Of a DNA stretch of 24,315 bases, positions 10,400-20,549 are shown one piece after another. The stretch is from positions 434,001 to 458,315 of the forward strand of contig QPGO01000058.1 of NCBI GenBank assembly GCA_008632985.1, given 5' to 3'. Position numbers and translations under genes: made by a program. Every line of letters starts with the position of its first letter. Within the stretch, counting starts at the first letter, position 1. The notes beneath the pieces were generated by a model, which had not been told where the DNA came from, ran no database searches, and was given only the letters and a program-made list of their open reading frames with translations. This stretch comes from Psammoneis japonica. Taxonomy: Eukaryota.

Positions 10400-13300
10400 A
10401 TGACTTGGTGACAGTCCGACTTTGTCAGCACGACTGCCAGTTTGCCAGTTGCTGCCCGCACAACAAAGTCGCATTTCTCCCACAAAAAACACTGATTCCT
10501 TCAAAGCCACCACATCAAAAAAAAACACAGCCACCAGGGCACCAACTGTTCCTCAAAACTCAGACCCTGAAGATGACATCAGATCTGAAAAAGAGAAAAA
10601 TGGCATCCAAAGCAGCAAGGAGCTGCCAAGCAAGCTCCTTTGTCCACCTGCTGCTTGGACTTACAGCAATCAATGGGTGGCACCATCCTGATGGCCACAG
10701 ATGATGATGAATTCAAGCCCCCAAGAGTCCCATCAAAGACAATGATCCTGTGGTGTTGCCAACTCAGAGTGTGACTCTGATTGCATTGACTCCAGCCCTG
10801 CAGTCATCCACCCCTTCTTCCCAAAATAAGCAACCCTTTTGATGTCATGGGTTTCAAGTTTCAAGGGAAGCTGGTCCAAGCAAGCCAAAGTGGATGAGTG
10901 CATTTCTGGGATGGAGAAGAGGTTTGTGCTTGAGAGCCACACACAAACAAAAAGAAGCAATCTTTCCTCTCTCCTGGCTGCGATCTTCATCAGAGAGCAC
11001 GGCACCTTCTGTTGCTCAGGTGTGCTGTCATTTTTTAAAATGATTGCAACAATTTTGGGCTGAGTTTTGTAGCCGCACCCACAAAACCAACACTGTTCAA
11101 ATGTTGCTCAATTGTCAAGTGCAAGCAACAAAACAAATGAGACAGCACATTCATTCATTTTGCATTGAGCACCCCACAAAAGACATCTTTGACCCAAATG
11201 AAGCATGGTGCAATGTTCTCCATTCCCCCCAACACAACCAGCTGTGATTAAATTTGCACATGCTCTCACTCAGCAAGCTTCAAACCCTTTTCCCTCTCTC
11301 AACATGCCAACCATGTGGTGCACACACCCACTCATGCTGCCTCTTTGGCTCACACGGCTCATTTGGGTTTTTTCCACTCATGCCACCCCCCAGAAGCCCC
11401 AAATTCAGTGCCTCTCTTGCATCGCCACTAATTTCTGCAAAGTTTGCATCACCCAAAGCTGTGCATTGTTTTTTGACAGTCTTGCTGCTGGTGCACAAAA
11501 CTCCAGAGGTGGCCAGTTCATGTGAGTTTCTGCTCACACTGCCTCCACACACTGCTCTGCCACTTCACTCTCTTGCACCCACTCATTTTTTTGCAGAATT
11601 TTACACAATGTGATGTTTTGCACACTTTTCAACTTTCTTGCCACTTGCACAAAACTTTGCACAATTTGTGCCACCCACTTGTTATTTTGCCAGCTCATGT
11701 TTGTGCAGTTTTCTGCACACACAAATTTGCAAGGACAAAACACTTGCTGTGCAAGGCAGGCCTGCACAACAGTCATGATGTGTGGTGCAAATTCTGAGAT
11801 GTTAATGTTGCTTGTGAAAGACTGGGCTGCCAGCCTTGGCACACCACCATCTCCTTTTTTTTATGTCACAAAACAGCCAGCAAACACTTGACAATCAAAC
11901 ATTTTGCTTGCCAACAAATTTGCCAGCATGAAAAATTGCAAATCAGAAGAAGAAGTGTGGCTGGTGGTGCAAGCAGCTAACACATGTGTGTCCACACCAT
12001 TGCACCAGCTGTTTGGTGACACAGCTGGTGTCAAAGCTGAAATCACTCCTTTTTGCATGTGCAAGGTTGAAAATGAACAGCAATGGATGAGCTGATGCAC
12101 AATGTTCTGAGCAACCCATGCACTGCTTTTTTCTGTGCACAAAACAAAAAACCTTCCCCCCTGCTTTTCTTGCTGACAGCTTGCGCAGTGCTCTCTCTGC
12201 TGTGTTGTCATCTGCAAAAAGGCTTTGTGCATGTTGGTGCTGAGGTTGCACAAGGATTGTGGTGGCGCGTGCTTCAGGCAATTGTTCTTTGAAGAGCATC
12301 TCTCACACCACACACATTTTGTGCACCCAGGTGCACATGCCACAATGTTGTCACCAATGTTTTGGCTTTTTGGAAATTGAATTTCAAAATTTTGAAAATT
12401 GCACTCTGCACAGAAGCAGCAACAAAATGTTTTGTTCAGGTTGGCACTGATGATGTGTGACATGAACCCTGCTCTTGTGCACATGTTGGCAAAGGTCAGC
12501 AACATCTCACACAACATGCACACGCACGCAAGTCTTGGCAGCAAAAAGGCAGGTGTGGTCAACAGTGGGAGACAGCCACTGTGCGGAAGCAAGCAACCCT
12601 CTGTGCAAGATGCTGAATTTGGGGATGACAGATTTTTCTATGTGCTGACAGTGAAAGCAGCAAGGGAGCTGGCATGAAGACTAAAAAACATGGTGATTTG
12701 TCCTCCTTGCTGGGCAAAAGCTGTCAAACAGAGAGAATTTCAGGGGAGAAGTGCTGGAAGAGCTTCAGTTTGATGCAGAGAAGAAGTGCTCCCAACCAAA
12801 GAGTGTGCAGAGATTGCGGAGCTCACCTGCAATGTGCTTTCACCTGAAATGGCAGTGCTGGTGGCTGGCAGCAGAGTTGAAGCCCCCCCCCCCCCCACCG
12901 TCAACTCCAAAGCAGCATTTAAGTGAGAGAGGGCATCAGCAGTGGGGAGGCTGGTGTGGGAACAAATTCTCACAAGAGCACCTGCTCTGGCAATGGTTGC
13001 ACAAATGACCATCACAATGCTCTCTGCCAACTGGGCAGTGTCGAATGCCAGCCAATGGGTTTTCCTTGTCTCATCAACTTTGCCACAAAAACTTTGAATG
13101 AAAAGGCTTTGCTTTCACAAGAGCTCTGGTTGTTTTTTGATGCCTTCAGCATTGTTGTTGCAACCACTTCACACAGTTGTGGGGAGAAATCTGTGCACAT
13201 GAGTCTCCTCCTCTTGGAGCAGACCATGTTGCTGGATGGAGGCTGAACACCCAGCTGGAAGAGGAGGAAATGCAGTTGAGAGAATTGTCATTGTTCCCAA

Positions 13301-13740
13301 GTCTCTTGGAGAAAAACCATGGATGTGCTTTGCCAACATGTTTTGCAGCCATCAATGATGGTTGATGACAAACAATGCACATGCAGGTCATGACTTCCTC
13401 TGTCATCTTGGCTCAGATTTGATGATCTGTGCTTCCAGTGCCTGTTCATGGGGCATGTTTGCTGTGACAAGTTTGGGGATCCCATTCAATGATCAGGCAG
13501 ATGAAGCAGATCCAATGACATCCTCCATGGGAGGCACCTTCCAGGTTGCACCACCAATGGCCACCACAGGGAGTCAAGTCATTGCAAGGCAGATGATCGT
13601 TGATGATGCTGGGTTGGCCGGTGGCATTGGCAACTCTTCTTCTGTGAGAGCTGCTGCTTGTCATAATCTCATTTCTGGAGTGCTTTTTGTTTCTGCAGAG
13701 TTTGATTTCATTGAGCAGTGGTGCTTTTTCTCAACCTGTC
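10400..13740. repeat. Second TpA- and CpG-depleted degenerate block
   Basis: Roughly a dozen TA in ~3.3 kb by eye and few CG. TG/CA-rich, with fuzzy boundaries. Includes a tgcacaa/ttttgca-rich low-complexity part (~11420-11800) and a C14 run (12883-12896). Confidence 0.65.
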
Positions 13741-13798
13741 GGAATCTCGGAGCAGGGAGGTGCTCGTGCAAAGCAATGTGCGCAGCAGCCTTGTTCAT
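12740..13798 (-). pseudogene. Probable relict protein-coding frame interrupted by TGA codons; product unknown
   Basis: One frame from ATG 13798 reads MNKAAAH...EMRL*QAAALTEEELPMPPANP...EPR*QRKS*PA and continues into ORF 13030-12740. Several TGA fit CGA>TGA in Arg-rich context. The + strand ORF 13362-14081 is in the usual shadow register. Confidence 0.35.
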
Positions 13799-14481
13799 CG
13801 CACTGGCAAGCGCATTGCTCGTATGGCTTGGATTGTTGGATGAAATAGAATTTTTTGCACTAGGTCTAACAGAGGAACCGCTGGCTACACCACGGAGGAA
13901 TCGAAACGAGAGTGTTTATGCATGTGGTGTCAGACTAGATGTGAAAACGGTCGGGATTGTCGAACGGAATCATGCATGTGACTTGGCTGGGTTGCACACA
14001 TTGCGCAGGTGCCGGAATAGCGCTATTTTCGCATCTGCATGCATTCAAATATGCGAAGTGTTGTCGAGCTTATTCCAATGAACGAGGTTCGACGCCCCAA
14101 GCAGGAGATAGACGCAGCCGCGAAGCTGCTCCCGGTTCCGGACCATAATGGCTTCACGTAGACGAACAATCGTAAATGGCCTAAGGGCTTTTTGATGGTT
14201 TCCCTTGGTAGAAAGTAACAGTCTAGTAGGATCGGTCTACACGTGAACCCCATCCGATCGGATCCCTTAGCTTCAAGGGTGAACGCCCCGACTTTTTTCA
14301 TGAACAATAAACAATTGCATGTTCATGTGAGGCTTTGATTTGCTTCTACAGTCGGAGAGAGTTATCGAAAGTGGTTTTGACCGGTCTTGGAGACCGACAG
14401 AAAAGCTCCACAACGCAAGATCCGACAAAAGTTGTTCGGTTGTATTTTGCATCGGCTTTCCCAGATGTCCCCACACTTTCA

Positions 14482-17277
14482 CTACCGGTACGAGTCTGTA
14501 ACGTTCGAGGCTTGAGTGTGTTTCGTAGGGATTGTTTTTCCACGGACTCTCCTGATCTTCCGCCCCTCTGTGTCCAAGATCAGCTCAACCAGTTTAGACT
14601 TTCGGGTGACTTGGCGAGGGGCATCATCCACTATTGACCTGTTACTTGTTTCTGGCAGTAACGGGACGTCGATTCTGGTGTCCGTTGCAAACAACAGCAG
14701 CTCCTTTCCACCTTTATAGAAGATCTTCACTTTCAACAAAGATTCCTTTCCTTCTCTTTCCGCATCACGCCGTTGACTGAAGTCACCTCTCACCTTTTTC
14801 TTTAGATATAATCCTGATGGCAACAAAACTGGATCATCCCTGACAATGGCTTTTCCATTTCTCCTTAGTTGTACCTTGACTAGCACGGGAACCTCTACAT
14901 ATACGTATTTGTGGAGTTCCATTGGAGGGCCCAAATAAGGCATTGAATAAGGCTGAAAGTCGGTTGTTCCGTAGTTTGCTGCACCATATTGCTGATAGTC
15001 GTTTCCCCGGCAATAGTTGAAGAGATAATTTGGTGCAATGTCGAATGGACGGCAATAAGATGGCATGGATTTCGTGAGCGCCTGGAAGGTACAACAGGTA
15101 AAGCGCGTGTTCGCTGCCCCTAAAGGATCACGAAGGGCTCGCATAAGGGTTGACCCAGAAACAAAGTAATTGCCGTCCTTGCAACCTGGGACACATGCCA
15201 CCTTTTCATACCCCGTCGGTGTGTTTTCAATGAGATCAGACCATTTAGAACAGTCTCTTGTGGCGTCACAGTTGGGGTCTTGATCGACGCCAGTGCCATA
15301 AGTGTATTCATCACCTAGTTCGAATAGCGAATGACCAAGCTCGTGAACAGCAACACGCAAGCCTTCTTCATGCAACGACATCACAGCGATATTGTCGTCC
15401 GTATATCCTGCTCCGCCGTACTTCAAACTGTTATGTATCACCAAAGTTTGCAGATTTGATCCAACAGAAAAACATTTGCTTGAGAGGCTCTCCGTCATTT
15501 CAACGTCACAACATAACAATCGGTCTATATCCAGACAACCAAAGTCGCAGAACGATCCAACGGGCTTGATAGGATCAACACGGAACACATTGAGTTGATG
15601 CACGCCCCAGTCAAACATTGGATACTGCCGGAAGAACCGATACGTCCTTTTGACTTGTTGACGCCAAGTCTCAAGAGTTGTGGAGTTAAACGCTGAACCC
15701 ACAAACACGATATTGATTGAATTTTTGTCAAACTCCTTTCCATATTTGTGCTTCACGGGGTAGCATTCCGATGAGGCCATGCAAACACCGTTTCGACAGG
15801 TATTCGAAATACAGTCAGCATTGTTTAAACACGCTATCCCAGTTTCCCGTTTTCCGTCGGGCGCTGGAACTTTTGGCTTGTCCACGGCTTCACCAATGTC
15901 TTTGGACACTTTGGAAGGCGTTGTTGTTGGCAGTGGTGAAGGGGAGGGCGATGGAGGAGGGTTTGGTGATTGTGATGGCATTGGTGTAAGGACTGCCGTT
16001 GGTGGAGATGTCAGTTTTATTGTAGGAGTTGTAGTGGGCCTGTCGGATGGCAACCTTGTGGGTGTAGGTGTTGGGAAGGGTGAGGGTCTCGACGTTGGAG
16101 GCACTGTTGATTCTATTGTAGGAGTTGTAGTGGGTCTCGCGGACGGAGACCGAGTAGGTCTAGGCGTTGGGAACGGTGAGGTTCTTGGCGTTGGAGAAAC
16201 CGTTGGTGAATCGGTTGGAAATCGGGTAAGTGTAAGTGTTGGGAACGGCGAGGGTCTTGATGTTGGAGACAACGTCGGTGAAGCGGTTGGATAAGATGTT
16301 GGTACTTTGGTAGGTGGTGGTGTCGGGTTCGCCGTCCGCGGAGTTGGTGCCCTTGTTCTGGTATTGCAGCACACGTAATGATAATATTTATCTCTCCGAT
16401 ACAAAGTATATGTCCCTGTCTTTCGTGGGAAAGCGAATTCGCTGGAGCTGCATGTCATGGGCTCGGAGCGACCATCTGCCCAACAGTCCTTCTGTCTCCA
16501 TCTGGGAGAGGGGCTTGAGCATGCCTTGTCAGTACATTCCTGAAGGACAGAACTCTTGATACCAGGGGGGCAACATGCATAGTAATAATATGTGTTCGAT
16601 TCCGGATCTTCAAAGGAGGCCACCTTCGAAAGGTCTTGCACCTCATAACCAGCGGCACATGAAAATGGCAGCCACGCATTTGCCCCCAGGGCAAAGCACA
16701 TGGTCTCCTCTCCAACTCCGCTCGGAGTGAGACACTTGCTTTCATCACACGTACTACCAGCCGGTGGTATGACGATGTTATTGATGCTGTTTTTGCAGCA
16801 CACGTAATGTGAGAACAGCCCACCCTCTGACCAAATATAGGCTCCTGTCTTACGGGGGGAAGCATAGACATTAGAGTCACACGGCATCTCTGGTTCATAG
16901 GGACCATTTGCCCAGCAATCAGTTCCTCCCATTCCGTCGGGGCTCGAGCATGCTTGATCCGTGCATTGTTCTTGTGGGATGATTGGGCTCGTTGCTCCAA
17001 CCGGGCAGCATGTGAAGTATCGGTAGGTCTCTCCCTCTACCAAATCCTCAATGGTAGCTACGCTAGAGAGGTCTCGAACTTCGTACCCATAATCGCATAC
17101 AAATGGATCTCGCGTGTTGGGTCCCAGGGCCCAGCAATCAAATTCAAAAATTGTGCCGGGGCTACGGCACTTGCTATCGTCGCACACATCTCGCAAAGCC
17201 TCGTTTGTGTGCGGGTAGTAAACAAGCAGCGAGAACAAAGAAAAGACAACCGCGGGTTTTATCCTCAATTTTTTCAT
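14482..17277 (-). CDS. Secreted modular metallopeptidase: signal peptide, four Cys-rich repeats, Pro/Thr/Ser stalk, small Cys module, peptidase M64-like domain
   Basis: 931-aa intronless ORF with a hydrophobic N-terminus. INIVFVGSAF, YGGAG, VAVHELGHSLFELGDEY and a Met-turn-like STLMR match the M64 (IgA peptidase) pattern. Confidence 0.85.
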   Translation of the reverse strand: MKKLRIKPAVVFSLFSLLVYYPHTNEALRDVCDDSKCRSPGTIFEFDCWALGPNTRDPFVCDYGYEVRDLSSVATIEDLVEGETYRYFTCCPVGATSPIIPQEQCTDQACSSPDGMGGTDCWANGPYEPEMPCDSNVYASPRKTGAYIWSEGGLFSHYVCCKNSINNIVIPPAGSTCDESKCLTPSGVGEETMCFALGANAWLPFSCAAGYEVQDLSKVASFEDPESNTYYYYACCPPGIKSSVLQECTDKACSSPSPRWRQKDCWADGRSEPMTCSSSEFAFPRKTGTYTLYRRDKYYHYVCCNTRTRAPTPRTANPTPPPTKVPTSYPTASPTLSPTSRPSPFPTLTLTRFPTDSPTVSPTPRTSPFPTPRPTRSPSARPTTTPTIESTVPPTSRPSPFPTPTPTRLPSDRPTTTPTIKLTSPPTAVLTPMPSQSPNPPPSPSPSPLPTTTPSKVSKDIGEAVDKPKVPAPDGKRETGIACLNNADCISNTCRNGVCMASSECYPVKHKYGKEFDKNSINIVFVGSAFNSTTLETWRQQVKRTYRFFRQYPMFDWGVHQLNVFRVDPIKPVGSFCDFGCLDIDRLLCCDVEMTESLSSKCFSVGSNLQTLVIHNSLKYGGAGYTDDNIAVMSLHEEGLRVAVHELGHSLFELGDEYTYGTGVDQDPNCDATRDCSKWSDLIENTPTGYEKVACVPGCKDGNYFVSGSTLMRALRDPLGAANTRFTCCTFQALTKSMPSYCRPFDIAPNYLFNYCRGNDYQQYGAANYGTTDFQPYSMPYLGPPMELHKYVYVEVPVLVKVQLRRNGKAIVRDDPVLLPSGLYLKKKVRGDFSQRRDAEREGKESLLKVKIFYKGGKELLLFATDTRIDVPLLPETSNRSIVDDAPRQVTRKSKLVELILDTEGRKIRRVRGKTIPTKHTQASNVTDSYR
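15905..16345 (-). repeat. Coding repeats of the mucin-like PT/PS stalk (72-96 bp imperfect units)
   Basis: tgtaggagttgtagtggg at 16021 and 16117. gttgggaa.gg.gagg at ~16070, ~16167 and ~16238. Protein units resemble PTSRPSPFPTPTPTR. Confidence 0.8.
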
Positions 17278-17560
17278 CCTATCGCAGTGTTCACTCTATT
17301 GATTCAAAATAACACTGCCATTCTACGTTCCCTTTTCGGTCGCCCATCCTGGTGTTCAGCCAAGAAAAAAAATGAGTCGCGAATAGAAGGATCGGATCGG
17401 TCATTCCGGTCACCCGGTCAGGTTACATTACAGCAGCAGTGCAGATGAATGACTTGAAGAAGAGGGCACTATTAAAAACGATTCCACAATGACCACAAGA
17501 TGACTCCGCTCCTAAACATGGCGGTATGATACATGCTCAAATGCTGGCATTACAGTACGG

Positions 17561-17614
17561 TAGGCCCAAGGATTTATAAGTCAATTGCAATGAAGTTATA
17601 AATCCTTGGGTAGG
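17561..17614. mobile_element. Miniature palindromic element: 15-bp perfect inverted repeats flanked by a TAGG direct repeat
   Basis: CCCAAGGATTTATAA (17565-17579) and TTATAAATCCTTGGG (17596-17610) surround a 16-bp spacer. TAGG occurs at 17561-17564 and 17611-17614. The inverted repeat is certain; mobility is inferred. Confidence 0.5.
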
Positions 17615-17658
17615 CCTACCCTGTGGACCTACAGTAGAGCGGTCTTGAGAACTTACCC

Positions 17659-17715
17659 TCTCTACTCTAGAGTAGAGAAGAGAGTAGCTACTACTCTAGA
17701 GTAGCTACAGTAGAG
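17659..17715. repeat. Cluster of nested TA-rich palindromes
   Basis: TCTCTACTCTAGAGTAGAGA (17659-17678, perfect 20-mer), CTACTCTAGAGTAG again at 17691-17704, and GTAGCTAC twice. Confidence 0.8.
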
Positions 17716-17839
17716 TCTAAACTATTGTTTTCCATGGAGATCACTCAGCGTGTCGTCAATGTCGCTCCTCTAGAAAAGAAAGGAACCCGGGATTGTTGAT
17801 AGAATTGGCATTCTTTCAAGTTCTCCGAGATGTCGATTC

Positions 17840-18200
17840 CACCAATATCCAAGTAGATTACAGTAAGCGCGTCACCAGTCTCAACTCGGTACAAATAATA
17901 TTTCCTGTGAATTGATTCTAAGAGAGATCCAGTTCTTTCAATGTCGTTCACCAATCCCAGTTCTGACGGAATTGAGCCTTTGCGGGCCAAATTCTTCAAG
18001 ATTTGTTAAAGCTCTTTCAAGGCAGTCAGTGTTCCTGTCTTACTTGGAACTGCTCCGTCCAATCTACATGGGTTTTGTGATTGCAGATGGCTGTCAAGAA
18101 GCAGTCAATTGACCAAGCTTCAGAGGGCAGTTGTAGCTGTTTTTCTCCCATAGATCTCGTTCAAACCTGGGGAAGCTTCCCAGACGCAAGGGCTCGGCAG
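17840..18200 (-). pseudogene. Leucine-rich-repeat (receptor-type LRR) gene relic
   Basis: Across frameshifts and stops it reads LPSE/LGQLTA, LDGAVPSKTGTLTALKEL*, KGSIPSELGLV and TTLKELDLS*NQFTGSIICTELRLVTRL, matching the LxxLxLxxNxLxGxIPxELG consensus. Confidence 0.75.
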
Positions 18201-18420
18201 ATCATCGAGGCCTTCAACTAGTGACGATGCTCCAATATCGTTGCATACGTAAGCAGGCGTCAGGAACCCCTGCAATACACGGCACCGGAAAGAAGCCAGC
18301 AGGAAGAAGAGCAACGAATGGTTACTTGTGAGTCGTCGAGATAACGTACACAAGAGTACTTCATTTGCACGATCCGTAGATATTCGAGCAATCTTGTTTC
18401 AAGCTACTTGTACGACACTT

Positions 18421-20403
18421 TCAAGCTGCGTGGTTGTGCCCAAGAGTTTGGCCTTTCCTTTCGTGCGATACTCGTGGTAGAGATATCGTGCGTTCCAGTA
18501 TAGCTTGATCCTCGTCGTCAATCTCCGCATCCCTGACGGTTTCGTATGCAGTCACATCATTAATACGCCAACCAGTCATGTTACCTACACTATGCTTGCC
18601 ACGAAAACACACATACAGTAACGCCGCCACGGATAGATACAATGCCAACAGGAGCAACCCCAATACCTCAAGCTGCGCAATCAAGTACCAGTTTATGTAA
18701 ATCCCAAGACACGGGAGATATGGCACCAATGGTGTCTTGAAGGAGACGGCTTCATGATCTGGGAGATGATGTCCACGCATCATGGAGCCTCCAAAATTAA
18801 CGCTCTTGGGGAAGGCCGACGCAATGTAGAACACCATTGAACCACACGCGCAACAAATGATGATGGAGAGTGCAGCCCACACAGCGGAAACATCGTAGAG
18901 GTGACTCATGAAGAGACCCGAGACAAAGCAAAGGAGATTGTACATCGAGAGAACAGGTCCAAGACGACGGTGCAACTGGGGTGCATGTCGCGGAGCACAA
19001 GCCGGCGCCTCGCATCTCATCAGTACCAAACACGTGTTTGTCATGGAGAACGCAAAAAGAATGCCTGACGAGATTAGATCGTCCAAGTATCCAAACGGAA
19101 CAAAGGTTGCAACAATTGTCATTGTGATTCCTGAGATAAGAACACCTGAGCGCAAGTTCCCCGATTCATCAACGTTCCCAAAAACATCGGGGAGGAGCCC
19201 ATCTTGAGCCAGTGCCAACTGCAGCCGAGGCTGCGCCATGAGCGAAATCAAAACAACGACAGGAAATGTAAGGACCTCTCCAGCCTGCAAATATGAAGAG
19301 ATGTGGCCACAGTGAGTCGCACTCGATACGATGAACAAAGAAAGCACAGCGTGCAAAAGATTGAATCAGCACGAACCCACCGCTGTTATTTGAGCCGCCC
19401 ACTCAATTCCATTGTACCGAAAAGCTGCAGGAAATGGACTCGTTTCACTTAGACTATGGTATGGTTGCATCCCAGTCAGCGCCAAAGCAGCTGAAACGTA
19501 AAGTAAGGTTACAATCCCGAGTGTGAGCAAAACAGCGCGGGGCATATCACGTTGTGGGTGAAGAGCTTCGCCTGCAATGCAGCACACTTCATCAAAACCA
19601 ATGTACCCAAAGAAGGACGATGTGGCACCACGCAACACCCCACTCGCGCCAAAAGGAGCAAAAGGTATCAAGTTGGCTGTGTCTGATAACCAAATACCTC
19701 CTACCAGCATAAAGATGACAAGGGCAACCTTGGTAACTGTGAAGAAATTTGTAACGCGTTTGCTCTCTTGGATGCCATCGAGAAGTAGCAGTACAGAGGC
19801 AGCGGATATTAGAGAAGCCATGGGGTTGATTACACCGCCCCCAGGCTTCAAATAAGCCGTGATCCATTCCATTTTGAAGTCTTGTACGAGCCACTCTGTG
19901 ACCTTATCGCCCCAGCTCCGCGCAACAGCTGCACCAGAAACTGCGTATTCCAACGTGAGACAAGCCGCAGCCAAAACAGCAGGTAGCTCACCCATCCCAA
20001 CATAGGCGTAAACATACGTGGAACCGGCACCAGGTATCTGCCCTGCCAATTCTGCATAGGAAACGCCGCTACAACAACCTGCCAATCCGGCAATTGCAAA
20101 AGACAAAGCAGTGGCAGGTCCAGCGAAGTTGTGCGCGATAAATCCAGATAGTACAAATATCCCTGAGCCAATCGTCCCCCCAACGCCAACCGAAACAAGA
20201 TCCCATAAAGTCAAGTGCCGCTTGACATTGCCAACACTCCCTTCTAGCGCTTGCTCACGTTGTTCCTGCTGCAGGACGACCCACAAGGGCTTTCTTATTA
20301 GCCACCAAGGCTCATTTTTGTGGCCTACAGCATCCATGCCGGAAGATAGGTTTTCCTCATTCTCGATTGAAACCTCTGCACTCATCTGCTTCTCTCTTCG
20401 CAT
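18421..20403 (-). CDS. Cationic amino acid transporter (APC superfamily, CAT/SLC7-like); 2 exons (20403-19381, 19284-18421)
   Basis: LTLWDLVSVGVGGTIGSGIFVL, AGPA, SYAELA..PGAGSTYVY, FFGYIGFDEV, MAQPRL and C-terminal FKTPLVPYLPCLGIYINWYL. A phase-0 intron at 19380-19285 (96 bp, GT...GCAG) joins AAQITA|AGEVLTFP. Confidence 0.93.
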
Positions 20404-20549
20404 TCAAGTTGTCCCGAGACGTTCTCTTTCTCTTTCTTGGCTGCCGGCACTTTTTTGCGACATTAAACATGCTCATTCATCATGGCGTTGTCGATCGCGC
20501 GAAGGCTCGAAAATTTCGCGACAGAAACGACGACTCGTTCGACTCTATC

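Noticed and set aside
12883..12896. C14 homopolymer as a regulatory or G-quadruplex element
   Set aside because: Isolated run inside degenerate DNA, and its length may be unreliable.
10405..13485. Many Cys-rich ORFs including the 243-aa ORF at 11861-12592 (possible metal-binding proteins)
   Set aside because: Same artefact. The Cys spacing fits no motif and Tyr is almost absent.
13362..14081. 239-aa plus-strand ORF with a hydrophobic stretch
   Set aside because: It lies in the shadow register of the more protein-like minus-strand relict frame and has no recognisable motif.
14084..14098. GGTTCGACGCC resembling a tRNA T-loop or Pol III B-box
   Set aside because: No cloverleaf stems or A-box could be found upstream.
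15779..16294. Gly/Val-rich 171-aa ORF
   Set aside because: Antisense shadow of the Pro/Thr stalk of the peptidase.
17565..17610. Hairpin as a rho-independent terminator or CRISPR repeat
   Set aside because: The context is eukaryotic, there is no U-tract, and there is no repeat-spacer array or cas gene.
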